A stretch of 51,305 nt of DNA from a virus. Its lineage: Duplodnaviria > Caudoviricetes. This document shows positions 10,101 to 19,352 of this stretch, one piece after another. The notes below the pieces were generated by a model that worked only from the letters and a program-made list of their open reading frames with translations, was not told the origin of the DNA and ran no database searches. The stretch is from positions 1 through 51,305 of the IMG/VR virus record IMGVR_UViG_3300030450_002582. One strand, written 5' to 3'. How positions within the stretch are numbered: the stretch's first letter is position 1; each line of letters opens with the position of its first letter. Position numbers and translations under genes: made by a program.

Positions 10101-13100
10101 TTTCGATATTTCATTTTTAATTGATTCTAAAATTTCCTTAGACATTTCATCTGTTAAGTTTCCAATGCTTATTTCATAATCTAAATAATCTCTAATACTT
10201 TGGTCATCAGATGCTACATCCATTATATCTTGACTAGCTTTAGCAATAACAAATGAAGGATTATTACTTCCAGATTTTACACCCACTACTGTTCTAGCAA
10301 ATCCATCTTGATCTGCATATTGAGAAAACTTTTTATCCCAATTTCTTACTAATGCTCCACTAAGTTCTGTGTAAGAAGGCTTTGAATAAAAAGATCCCTT
10401 CTCTTCACCTTTAAAAACATCAACAATATCTTTTAAATATATTCTACTATATTGAAAATATCCAAAATTCCAATCATAAGAATCATTATCGTAATCAAGG
10501 AAAGATACACCAGTAGTTCTTGGTAAATCTTTATTATTTCTTATGTCTTTACCATATTTAGGATGACCTCCTATTTTTGGTATAAGATTTTTAGAGTCTT
10601 TATTACTAATTTTTTTACCATCTTCAGTTAAATTAGCATACCAAAAAGAAGGTTTATTTACGGAATCTTGTCTATTAATTGGTTGATTTCTTACCCAAAA
10701 ATTCTTAACCATATTATTATCATTAATAGTTTCTGGTGTGTATTTATATTTTTTATTAAGAAAACCTAAGAAAGAATCATAATCATTTATGGAAACTTGA
10801 TCCATTAATTCAGCTGTTTGTTTTTGATCTAAAAATCCTTTTTCACTTGTAGATTCTAAAAATTTAAAAAACTTATCACCTACAAAGTCATAAGTATCAA
10901 ATGTCATATTGTTAGAAATTTCTTCAACATCGCTTATATCAGATATAGATAATCCTTCACGACTAATATCATGGCTGTCTTCAGACCCTTGATTGTCAAG
11001 AGCGTTAGATATATTTGAAACAACATTAAGGTCTGATATTTGAGCTTTTATTCTTCTACTTTTTATTCCACCAAGACCCATTAAGTCTATAATTTTTAAA
11101 GAATTATTATTACTTTTCATTTTACTAGCAATTGATGGATCTCTTTCAACAGCCCATTCATTTAATAATCTTTTAAGGGATTTTCTTTTTTCTAAATCTT
11201 CTATTACATTTAAGGAACGACTCATTGGGGGAACAAAATCTGCAATGTCAATTCCATATTGATCTTTAATAACTTTAAAAGCCCCATCTAAATATTGAAA
11301 TGCCTTAGACGGTTCCATATAATTGTCTATAACTTTTGGCAATCTAGATGTGTTTTCTATTATTTGTTCATTTATATCAGAAGAAACTTGATCTAATGGT
11401 GGTTCATTAATCCAAAATCTCATTTTATCTGGATAATAAATATTGCCATCTTTATCTGTTGCGGGTTGAGATGATACTCCATATTTAACAAATCCTTGTT
11501 TTACCCAAAAATCTTCTGAACCTGTTTTTGCTATAATTTCTATTTTGTCTCTATTTTTAGCTTTAAATAAATCTTTAAAAGCATTTACTATCTCAGTCCC
11601 AACCCCCTTATTCCTTAATTCTTCAGCAATTATAATAGTCCCAATTCTATGTGTAAATTCTGGGCCTGGGCCAGCTCTTTTTATTGTAACACCTTCCATT
11701 TTACTAAATTTTTCTATTTTCATTTCAGCTTCCATTTGAGGACTTACTTTAGGAGTCTTTGTAGGAGCTTTAGTTTTATCAGTAGTTTTTGGAGTGTCTT
11801 TTTCTTTTTTAATGCCTAATTCTTTTTCTAGTTTTAATATTGCTCTGTCAATAGATTCTAAGTTACCCTTATTTTTAGCAATAACTTTTCTTTGAGCCTT
11901 TAACCCTTTAAGTTTATTTCTTTTTTTAACTAAAGGATCTATGTCTTTTTTAACTGTTGATGGAGTTGGTTCTATAATTTTTTCTTCTTTAATTTTTTTT
12001 CTTTGTTCTTTCTCTTTTTTTCTTATCTTATTTGCTTTTTCAACAAAGTTTTCCTTAGTTATTCCTCTTTGAAGTAACATTGTTTTTACTTCTTCAATTG
12101 TTCCTTTAATTGTTCTAGATAAACCAGGCAACACATTACCAGTCTCTTCGTCTGTAATTCTATATTGATTATTATCATCTTTATAAATAAAATAATTACC
12201 TTCTGGATCCCAATCAAAATTAATATTTTTACCAGAAACACTTTTTAATTCATATTTACCTTTTGATAGTAAATTTACTTTCTTTTCCGAGTATCCTTTT
12301 TTATGTACAAGTTTTTTATCTGTTTTTTCTGCTTTAAGCTCTTTAATCGCATTTTCCATGTCTTCTATTATCAGACTTCTCACACTGTACCAAATTTTGC
12401 CTTTGCTTTCTATTTTTTCTCGCTTTTTTTGCCATTCCAATTCATTTTCCAAATGCTTTAAAGGGTTTTTTTCAAATTCTTTTAAATTCTTTTTATTTGC
12501 TTGTCTGCTTAACGACTGATGTGCAATTTGAGCTTCTTCTAATATATTATCTTCTGTTACTTCACCGCTTTTTAATTCATCTTTATACAAATCCCTAAAA
12601 TCTTCAATCAAATATTCTTTGGTTAGTTTAGCAGCATTAACAAGTTCATTTTTGTATTGTTTAACAATTGGAGATTCTGTTTCTATTGTAGATTCTGTAG
12701 TGGGTGATTCTTCTTTTCTAATAAATTTTTGAGTTTGTTGTTTTGCTTTAAACTCAGCAATGGCATCTTTTATTTCATTTATATTAAGAGTTGTTCCTCG
12801 GCTTTTACCCTCTTTCTTTTCTAAATCATACCAGCTCTGTAAATCTTTTTCCATGTATGCCAAAGGGTCTTTATCATATTCTTTTAATTGTTTTCCTAGG
12901 ACTCTTTTATAATTTTCTAACTGAGATTCTGTTTCTATCGTAGGATCAGTTTTTGATGGCATTACGCCTTTTTGCTTATCAATTGCTTGCTCAGTCTGTT
13001 TATCAATTTCTCTTTCAATTTGTTGGTCAACTTGTTTTTCAATAGACTTATCAACTTCACCAAAAACATGCCTATCTAATGAAGATTGAATTTGATTATT

Positions 13101-15329
13101 AATTGCATTATCTATATTAATATTGAATGTACTAGATAAATAATTTTTAGTAGACGTAGAAGTTGCTGATTCTCCAAGATTTTCAGATATTTCTGATTCA
13201 TATGCTTGAATTACACTATCTAATAAAGACTTATCTGTAATACTAATTTTTCTATTTTGTTTTTTAGTATTGCCTTTTGCTTTTTTACTTTCAATAGATA
13301 TTTTATTATCTAATATTGCTTGTATAATATTTGGATTATCTCCAAAAACTTTTAATAACTCTGGACTTAAAGATTCAACAGTTCCAATTAAATAATCATT
13401 TACGTCATTTAAAACATTATTATCTATTTTATTAATCTCATTTTGCCCAATACTTTTTATAGCTTCAGAAAATTTTTCAGCGGGCGTTGCCATGCCATAT
13501 GTATCTTGTTGTTTAATAAGAGAGGCTAATCGAGATTTAGTATCTTTAGTCCTATCAACATTAACTTTAACATCCATAAATGGATTTATTAATTCTCTAA
13601 AATAATTTTCAGCATTTAACAATGCATTAGTTTCTATTACTGGAGAATCCAATAACATAGACTCATTATCAAATCTCGCATTAGGAACTCCAGTTTCAAT
13701 ACCATAATTATCATTTAATATTCTATTCGCTTTATTGTCAAATTTATTCCATTTAAATGCTTGATGAACATAACCAGCAGTTGTTATTCCAGCTCCCATT
13801 AATGCTCCACCTACTACACTTTCATGCATTTCAGCTGGGTCAACTAAGGGATGAGAAGATGGATCTAATAATATAGAAGCTAAATTAGTTGTACCTTCAT
13901 CTTTATACCCAGCTTCACTCATGACTTGCCCACCATACTGAACATATTCTTGAAAACCTTCAGCAACTGGATCTCTTAATGGTCTGATAATATATCCACT
14001 TAATTTACCAATTTGTGTATTTTTTAAATTTCTTAAAGCTTGAACTCTCTCAGGTGTAGCAATATTTTTTGTATATAAATTTCTTAAAAATTTAGATTTA
14101 GCTGATGCATTTACAGCTGGGGCAAATTTTTTCATAATTCTACTCATTCCCCATCCTTCAGTAGCAACTGTAAATGCTATTTGAGTAGCACTAGAATAAG
14201 CAGCGTTAGATTTAGCAAGTTCTTCATCTCCAGTTTTATCTAAAGTCCATTGATATGCTTCATTATAAGCTCCAGTAGCAACTAATGGTACATGGCCAGC
14301 AGTTCCAATAAACGCAGCAGCTCCAGGCCCCAAAAATGATAAAGCAGCCAGAGATCCACCCATTATTGCAATTGATGGGACCATTGAAAAAACTGTATCA
14401 AGAAAATATTCGGGAGATTTAAATGACGTAAACCAATCAACTGGTTTTTGAGAAACATATTGACTATAGGCTTGAAATCTTAAATCTTTTTCTTGTCTTT
14501 TTTGTATTTTTTCAATATGATTTATTGAAGTTTCTTCAGCCCATTCATTTATTTCTATTAATGTATTTAAAAAACCTTGATTAACTTCTTTACGCAATCC
14601 TTTATTTTCTCTTTCTTGTTGCTCTTCTTTCCAATTATTTAATTCTATACCATATTTTTTAAGAGTTTCAAAATAATCTGGATTTTGTTCTCTTGCATAT
14701 GCATAATCTTCTTTTGTTGCTGGGCCAATAAAATCATCACCTGCAAATCCATAATCTTCAGAATCCTTATCCCAAACAAAATCTGGCCTTTTTGTTTTTT
14801 CAATTTTAATTTGATCTTCAGCCATTTTATTATAATTATCGCTAAAGAAATCTGATAATTGAGTTAATTTTTCATCATCTTTTTTTATAGCATCAATAAG
14901 CAATTCTGAAACAGTTGCTATTGCTTTAGGGACTCCACCACTATAATCTTCCATCATAGAACCAGAAAGATTCCATCTTTCAGAAATATTAAAATCTAAA
15001 TTATGGTAAGCTGATTTTTCTTTTAAAGGAGATAGGTCTGCAACATTATCTATAAGGTATTTTGCTCTCTCGGATCTATCTTGAAAATAATTAGCACCTT
15101 CATCTGTCCATTTGAAAGGAAATTGAGTTTCCATTTCATTAGTCTCTGGATTTGGTACTCTTTCATATTGAGTAATATCATATTCTCCAGCTTTCTCCCA
15201 GAGAATGGGCATATTTTTTTCTATATCATCCGCTAATTCATCTAATCCCTTCATTCCTTCTGGGATTATGGGTTCTTCGTCTAGGTTATCTGTTGAAGCT
15301 AGCCAAGCTGGTGCTAATAATTGAGGCAT
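7137..15329 (-). CDS. 2730-aa virion protein: membrane segments + GNAT acetyltransferase + single-chain two-barrel RNA polymerase
   Basis: ADHDGD (8679..8696) preceded by GRWP (8805..8816) and LHP; HSDG (SDG at 9810..9818); QGILMN (8448..8465); AVDNAK (8175..8192); GNAT motif RNKGVGT (11595..11615) followed by FWVKQGF. Confidence 0.85.
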   Translation of the reverse strand: MPQLLAPAWLASTDNLDEEPIIPEGMKGLDELADDIEKNMPILWEKAGEYDITQYERVPNPETNEMETQFPFKWTDEGANYFQDRSERAKYLIDNVADLSPLKEKSAYHNLDFNISERWNLSGSMMEDYSGGVPKAIATVSELLIDAIKKDDEKLTQLSDFFSDNYNKMAEDQIKIEKTKRPDFVWDKDSEDYGFAGDDFIGPATKEDYAYAREQNPDYFETLKKYGIELNNWKEEQQERENKGLRKEVNQGFLNTLIEINEWAEETSINHIEKIQKRQEKDLRFQAYSQYVSQKPVDWFTSFKSPEYFLDTVFSMVPSIAIMGGSLAALSFLGPGAAAFIGTAGHVPLVATGAYNEAYQWTLDKTGDEELAKSNAAYSSATQIAFTVATEGWGMSRIMKKFAPAVNASAKSKFLRNLYTKNIATPERVQALRNLKNTQIGKLSGYIIRPLRDPVAEGFQEYVQYGGQVMSEAGYKDEGTTNLASILLDPSSHPLVDPAEMHESVVGGALMGAGITTAGYVHQAFKWNKFDNKANRILNDNYGIETGVPNARFDNESMLLDSPVIETNALLNAENYFRELINPFMDVKVNVDRTKDTKSRLASLIKQQDTYGMATPAEKFSEAIKSIGQNEINKIDNNVLNDVNDYLIGTVESLSPELLKVFGDNPNIIQAILDNKISIESKKAKGNTKKQNRKISITDKSLLDSVIQAYESEISENLGESATSTSTKNYLSSTFNINIDNAINNQIQSSLDRHVFGEVDKSIEKQVDQQIEREIDKQTEQAIDKQKGVMPSKTDPTIETESQLENYKRVLGKQLKEYDKDPLAYMEKDLQSWYDLEKKEGKSRGTTLNINEIKDAIAEFKAKQQTQKFIRKEESPTTESTIETESPIVKQYKNELVNAAKLTKEYLIEDFRDLYKDELKSGEVTEDNILEEAQIAHQSLSRQANKKNLKEFEKNPLKHLENELEWQKKREKIESKGKIWYSVRSLIIEDMENAIKELKAEKTDKKLVHKKGYSEKKVNLLSKGKYELKSVSGKNINFDWDPEGNYFIYKDDNNQYRITDEETGNVLPGLSRTIKGTIEEVKTMLLQRGITKENFVEKANKIRKKEKEQRKKIKEEKIIEPTPSTVKKDIDPLVKKRNKLKGLKAQRKVIAKNKGNLESIDRAILKLEKELGIKKEKDTPKTTDKTKAPTKTPKVSPQMEAEMKIEKFSKMEGVTIKRAGPGPEFTHRIGTIIIAEELRNKGVGTEIVNAFKDLFKAKNRDKIEIIAKTGSEDFWVKQGFVKYGVSSQPATDKDGNIYYPDKMRFWINEPPLDQVSSDINEQIIENTSRLPKVIDNYMEPSKAFQYLDGAFKVIKDQYGIDIADFVPPMSRSLNVIEDLEKRKSLKRLLNEWAVERDPSIASKMKSNNNSLKIIDLMGLGGIKSRRIKAQISDLNVVSNISNALDNQGSEDSHDISREGLSISDISDVEEISNNMTFDTYDFVGDKFFKFLESTSEKGFLDQKQTAELMDQVSINDYDSFLGFLNKKYKYTPETINDNNMVKNFWVRNQPINRQDSVNKPSFWYANLTEDGKKISNKDSKNLIPKIGGHPKYGKDIRNNKDLPRTTGVSFLDYDNDSYDWNFGYFQYSRIYLKDIVDVFKGEEKGSFYSKPSYTELSGALVRNWDKKFSQYADQDGFARTVVGVKSGSNNPSFVIAKASQDIMDVASDDQSIRDYLDYEISIGNLTDEMSKEILESIKNEISKGNKYSAAQHILSHEVLKRWRGRDYLMRSPLASHHSRRLAIDDGDGIVAIGTGDYTIKIVDQSKVFVSKGIPNSTSATKKQPLSSYVGGLENKNHSDGSLWVESEYLDQTAEAIGRVPNSPNSSKLREIKTRIRFISKNDEFGNKHYKEGTQEIEGTHYLALKHNEFVPEEDIYITDENDNVIVYTANVNGNIRIFDSEDNRITMFGTLDEAKEPDGGSGSFKLNNRISTDILTLPEESRRIVKIPKQQGHNSAAFPWSWLSHLHNPEFDKLRNLFSTKMNAIAKMNMDVLFSTRNNSQTMRSLMGQMKSDGLSIMSEVDRLLEPSPGQMISDGFMHPHIITGMSESIKNRMLKENSYGGRRRGLGSYPVLKSDLARNIVKKEDGVVISADDVTMLRFLQNLLNVDGTGNELINNINEALRSRKEYLMVGRWPVYAPSAVFLAKIEKVMPKGHGAVAWLHPESIVGKMQADHDGDNGFLLAPYFGDNYQDKSIIKAMQSDSIKKAFENMDSFVRLEYFKKKDKKYKLTKKADMYTISGKLGKGINSQGILMNSVSFLEDMYFKGFKAEVGGQTIVPKNPDKETEIMNYAQLNDDITQEMLDKAKMGTLVHKDGSKWESGDKYLKTTPIKQLHILLQSAVDNAKEFLLADWGYNGYKFVIPKMFTQENGSPIGLKQVSTMTSLIRKELMHNQARRGVSNVDNNSQDIESMFALSKDMHEMTNMSGVEQGEIIRNKANGRRLRYGERSRLYKDTMEIDKIIFNNKNTPLEQLLSIPHQSLLDYESLNPNDKVHNHPLGYHPNRITRGIVQTQKDLYTIQKETQRWYPETKEFSKDKEVARRFINESTREFYNIMMDAVSHQDKTKSLITSSGYPYQEELIKYIEKWKFKGDKKKGLPSWDKMSEEQKAYSTLRFLRGVLTLDGKNNVSRNRDVEKLLPMPLMHQGVYTEFMNRFGPNLREASNERITLKSQSRYEDINDKTIEQLLKDCP

Positions 15330-15374
15330 AATCGCAATCCTTAATTAATTTAATATTTCGGTTACGATTTTTTA

Positions 15375-17135
15375 TTATTCTAGCCATTGTGTACTCTCTC
15401 CAGTTATACCACTTTTATCATCTATGCCATATTCTTTTCCAGCTTTTAAAATTCGGTCGTAACCATAATCCGGCCCAAATTTTTGCATAGCTTCTATATC
15501 AGCATCATATAATCTACCATATAATTTTAAAAATTGTTGGTATGCGTCTTGTGCATTTTTATCTTTGTCACTTCCCCAACTATAACCTTCAAAATCTAAT
15601 TCTACACTTGCGTTTGATAACATTTTATATAATTCATCAGCTTTTGAAACTTTATCCGCAGTAGATAAATTCTTATTCTTTATATTTTCTATATCTCGAA
15701 GTAACTTTTTTATTTTATTTTTTTCTCTATCATCAAAAGGATCTAAATTACTTGTTGAAACAAACTTATTTAATTCATTAAATACTGCATTTTTATACTC
15801 AATCATATTTGATTTGCTATCTAAACTAAACTTAGAAAATTTATTAGCTACATCAAAATCTACATTATCATAATCACTAGCTAATGGAAAAGTTATATTC
15901 TTCCCTTTTGAATCTCTACCATAATCCCTTAAAGTTTCAGCTATTGTTTCTATTTTTCCTTCAAGAGAATTTTCTAAATCACTTTTTGATTTTCTAAAAG
16001 CTACTTCTTTTGATTTAGCTTCAGCTTTTAAACCTCTTTCATACTCACTAACGTCTCTTAAATTAGCAGATGTAAATTTATTATATTGTTTTATACCTTC
16101 TTTAATAAGTTTAAGATTATCATCTCTTATTCCTTGATCTATGTATGATTTAGATTCTTCTAGGAGAACTGAAGATTCCCTTGAAAACGGAACTATTCTT
16201 TCTACATCTGATTCTATGGCATCAATTGAATTTAAAATAGTAAAAGCTGTTTGAAAATTATTTGCTTCTTCTTCCATTTTATCTAAATCTTTTTGAATAA
16301 CATTATTATCTATAAATTGACTTTTTTCCCATAAATCTTCTCTTGTATCACTAAGAACTTGAATAGACAATTCACCAAATTGATCTGGATTTTTTTTAAT
16401 ATCATCTAATTCTTGAGCAAAATCAAAAAGACTCTTGTCATATTCATTTTGTGCATTAGCATAGCTTATTCTTGTTTCAACCATTCCTATATAAGAATCA
16501 AGTTTGTCTAAAGCATCTGAATTTACAAAATCATTTTTTTCTTTTCTTAAATATTGTGATAATGTTCCAAATTTATTTATAAAATCTTGATTATTAACAT
16601 CAATTAAAAAGTTTCCTTCTTTATCTTTTGGGGTATAAAAACTCGCTAAATCATTTTTTGCATTTCCTAAATCACCAAGAACACCTTCTAAATATGGAAC
16701 ATAACTAGCAAATTGTTCATCTTTTTGAAGGACTTCTTGCATTGTGCCTGTAAATCCCCCAACTCTCGTTTCCCCATATTTTTCTGTCTGAGCATCTATT
16801 ACTTTCCCATGATGATTTTCTAAAGAATTAATGTAAGATTCATAAACAAGAAGCTCTGATGGATCAATTTTATTAAGATTGCCTTTAAGTGATGTAATTT
16901 CTTCTTGAATTTTACTAGGGTCATCTAATGTTAAAGTAGATTGAACATTGATTTCAGCAGCCTTTAATAAAGATCTTTTATTATCTATATCTTCTTGTCT
17001 TGCTTGAGTAAAAAAATCATTTACTGCATTTCTAGTAACTCCACTTACAAGTTGTTGCAAAGCTACATCTATGTAACTTTCGCCCATATTTAATTCACCA
17101 AATTCTCTAGAAGATATTCCTTTATAATTTGCCAT
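15375..17135 (-). CDS. Putative internal virion protein (586 aa)
   Basis: Acidic, helical ORF in the cluster between the tail nozzle and the giant virion protein. Confidence 0.55.
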   Translation of the reverse strand: MANYKGISSREFGELNMGESYIDVALQQLVSGVTRNAVNDFFTQARQEDIDNKRSLLKAAEINVQSTLTLDDPSKIQEEITSLKGNLNKIDPSELLVYESYINSLENHHGKVIDAQTEKYGETRVGGFTGTMQEVLQKDEQFASYVPYLEGVLGDLGNAKNDLASFYTPKDKEGNFLIDVNNQDFINKFGTLSQYLRKEKNDFVNSDALDKLDSYIGMVETRISYANAQNEYDKSLFDFAQELDDIKKNPDQFGELSIQVLSDTREDLWEKSQFIDNNVIQKDLDKMEEEANNFQTAFTILNSIDAIESDVERIVPFSRESSVLLEESKSYIDQGIRDDNLKLIKEGIKQYNKFTSANLRDVSEYERGLKAEAKSKEVAFRKSKSDLENSLEGKIETIAETLRDYGRDSKGKNITFPLASDYDNVDFDVANKFSKFSLDSKSNMIEYKNAVFNELNKFVSTSNLDPFDDREKNKIKKLLRDIENIKNKNLSTADKVSKADELYKMLSNASVELDFEGYSWGSDKDKNAQDAYQQFLKLYGRLYDADIEAMQKFGPDYGYDRILKAGKEYGIDDKSGITGESTQWLE

Positions 17136-17137
17136 AT

Positions 17138-17812
17138 TTATTCATTATTTTGTTCCAAAAACATCATAAATTCCCAAAAATCTTCTTCATATTTCTTTTG
17201 TTCTTTATTTATTTTTTGTTCTTGGTCTAGTTGAGATAATTCACTTTTTAAATCTAAATCAGAAACAGTTTGTTCAAATTTAGAAAAAGCTTCATTTTGT
17301 TTTGCTTCAAGGGTATCAATTTGCCCTTCATATTGCCCGATAACAGCTGATTTTGTTCTATCTGATATATTAGACCTTTTCCCTAGACCAGCAGAAGCTA
17401 TGGTTTGCCCTTGTTGAAAAGATTGGTACATATTAGCTTGAGAAGATAAAGCAGCTTCTTCAGATTGTTTTTGCAAAGCTTCTACTCCCATTTCATACAT
17501 TGATGAAGCAGTTCTTTGTTGACCAGTAATTGCCTTTCTCTCTAGAATGCCTTCTTTTTTAATTTGTGTTTCCGCTGATCCGTCGTAAGATGGAGCATAC
17601 ATTTCATACTTACCAGCATCTACTCCCATTCTATTTAATATAGTGCTCATATTTTCATTTAATAAATCATCTAATGAAGGAAGATATTCGCCTTGATTTA
17701 TTTTATATACAGGTAGTGGAGCTCTATGGCTTACCGGCCTACCTAAATCATCACCCCTAAATTGTTCATCTTCATGACTTCCAGCGTATTGTATTATTGG
17801 GTCTCTAGCCAT
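17138..17812 (-). CDS. Putative internal virion protein (224 aa)
   Basis: Gln/Glu-rich coiled coil with a GLG motif; position in the ejection-protein cluster. Confidence 0.55.
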   Translation of the reverse strand: MARDPIIQYAGSHEDEQFRGDDLGRPVSHRAPLPVYKINQGEYLPSLDDLLNENMSTILNRMGVDAGKYEMYAPSYDGSAETQIKKEGILERKAITGQQRTASSMYEMGVEALQKQSEEAALSSQANMYQSFQQGQTIASAGLGKRSNISDRTKSAVIGQYEGQIDTLEAKQNEAFSKFEQTVSDLDLKSELSQLDQEQKINKEQKKYEEDFWEFMMFLEQNNE

Positions 17813-17821
17813 CTAAATATC

Positions 17822-18652
17822 CTAAATAAAACTTTGCTGATTTTTATCTTCTTCAGGACTAAATAAATAATCCATTCCTTTTTGAACTCCGTAATCAATT
17901 ACAGATTTTTTAAGATAATCTTGAGTTCCTTGAAGTAAATTTTCATTAGAAAGAGATCCGAAAAGACTTGTAGTGGACTTAGGTTCTGAAAAACCAATTC
18001 CAGTTATATTTCCTTGAGAATAAGTTGATGATAAAGAACTATCAACTCCCGAAAAAGATGGAGTTACATCAACTGATATTCCTGCTTTATCAGGCCCCCA
18101 TCCGCCAGAAGGTTCTATTAATTTTTCAGTAAAAGAAGTATCAGTCATACCTCCACCTCCAACCATATCTGGAGAAGATGTAGGAGTTGTAGAAGTCACT
18201 TTACTTGCATCACCAAAAAGTGAAGATCCTTTCATGTAAGCTGATCCACCTGCAAGCAATCCAGAAACGGCAGCTCCTTTAAAAATATCGATAGTAATAT
18301 CCCTGTCGTATTCTTTCATGGATTCAGTATAATCTTCAGCAGTGCCTTTGTAAAATTTATCAGTTTTAATAGATTTTGTTTCGCCTTGAGCTGCTTCAGT
18401 AATTTCTTTAGCTAAAATTCCCCCAGCTAATGCAGAAGCAGCCGTTGTCGCTCCAACAGCTAAAGAACCTCCAGCAGTCATAGGAGCAAGAACCAATCCT
18501 CCAACTATAGATCCAACAGCAACACCAAGGGTAGACCACATGCTTTTATTTTTTAACTTTGAACCTTCTTTTGCAGTTTGTTTTTCTATATCCTTTTGGG
18601 CTTTACTAACATCCCTTTGAAGCATATATCTTTTTTGGGCTTCACTTGCCAT
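17822..18652 (-). CDS. Putative DNA-pilot/ejection protein
   Basis: Gly/Ala-zipper hydrophobic segment LGVAVGSIVGGLVLAPMTAGGSLAVGATTAASALAGG and a Ser/Thr/Gly-rich tail. Confidence 0.6.
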   Translation of the reverse strand: MASEAQKRYMLQRDVSKAQKDIEKQTAKEGSKLKNKSMWSTLGVAVGSIVGGLVLAPMTAGGSLAVGATTAASALAGGILAKEITEAAQGETKSIKTDKFYKGTAEDYTESMKEYDRDITIDIFKGAAVSGLLAGGSAYMKGSSLFGDASKVTSTTPTSSPDMVGGGGMTDTSFTEKLIEPSGGWGPDKAGISVDVTPSFSGVDSSLSSTYSQGNITGIGFSEPKSTTSLFGSLSNENLLQGTQDYLKKSVIDYGVQKGMDYLFSPEEDKNQQSFI

Positions 18653-18676
18653 AACAAAAACTCCAGATTTTACTTG

Positions 18677-18705
18677 AATTTAACAACATTAAATTAATTT
18701 ATCAA
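18677..18705 (-). promoter_or_regulatory. Sigma70-type promoter for the ejection-protein operon
   Basis: TTGATA-17 bp-TAAATT on the - strand, upstream of GGAG and the ATG at 18652. Confidence 0.6.
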
Positions 18706-19350
18706 TTAATAAAGATCATACGATACATAAAAAACAGCACAAGTATATTGATTTCCAGTTATATCATCAGCGTCTGCATCTATTTTTAAATAAATATAAG
18801 TATCATCGTAATAAGTTTCAAATTCTCTATCTATATCAGCTTCATCTTGGATATTTGCAGCTCCTGCTATAAAAGAATTATTTGGAATACTTCCACTTGC
18901 TACATTAGATGTAAGATCGCTTGCCATATTCATACTTACACAAACTATTCTTTTTTTACCATTTATAACACCATGTTCAATATCTATTTTATTATCTTTA
19001 GCTGGTGTAGTCCCAGTAAAAAAACGCCATTGTAAATCATTAATTGACCCTCTTGTTTTAAGATTTTTAAAATCAGCAGAACCTTTTTTATCTATTTTAA
19101 ATCCATTAAAATTTCTTTTATAATTACTTGTTTTTAATTCATTACCATCTTTTCTAATAATTCTTTTTTTAATATCGGGTTTAACTCTTTCAGATTCTTT
19201 AACCCATTTTAATGTATAAATTTCATTATTATGCTTTAAATAACTTAAAAGATTTTTACCAGATGCATGAGTAATCATATCTCCATTATTCATTGTTTTA
19301 ATATTTGCTGGTTGATTACTTAATATATTATCTATTTTACCTTGAGACAT
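18706..19350 (-). CDS. Hypothetical tail-associated protein (214 aa)
   Basis: Directly follows the nozzle gene; beta-rich C-terminal half. Confidence 0.55.
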   Translation of the reverse strand: MSQGKIDNILSNQPANIKTMNNGDMITHASGKNLLSYLKHNNEIYTLKWVKESERVKPDIKKRIIRKDGNELKTSNYKRNFNGFKIDKKGSADFKNLKTRGSINDLQWRFFTGTTPAKDNKIDIEHGVINGKKRIVCVSMNMASDLTSNVASGSIPNNSFIAGAANIQDEADIDREFETYYDDTYIYLKIDADADDITGNQYTCAVFYVSYDLY

Positions 19351-19352
19351 TA

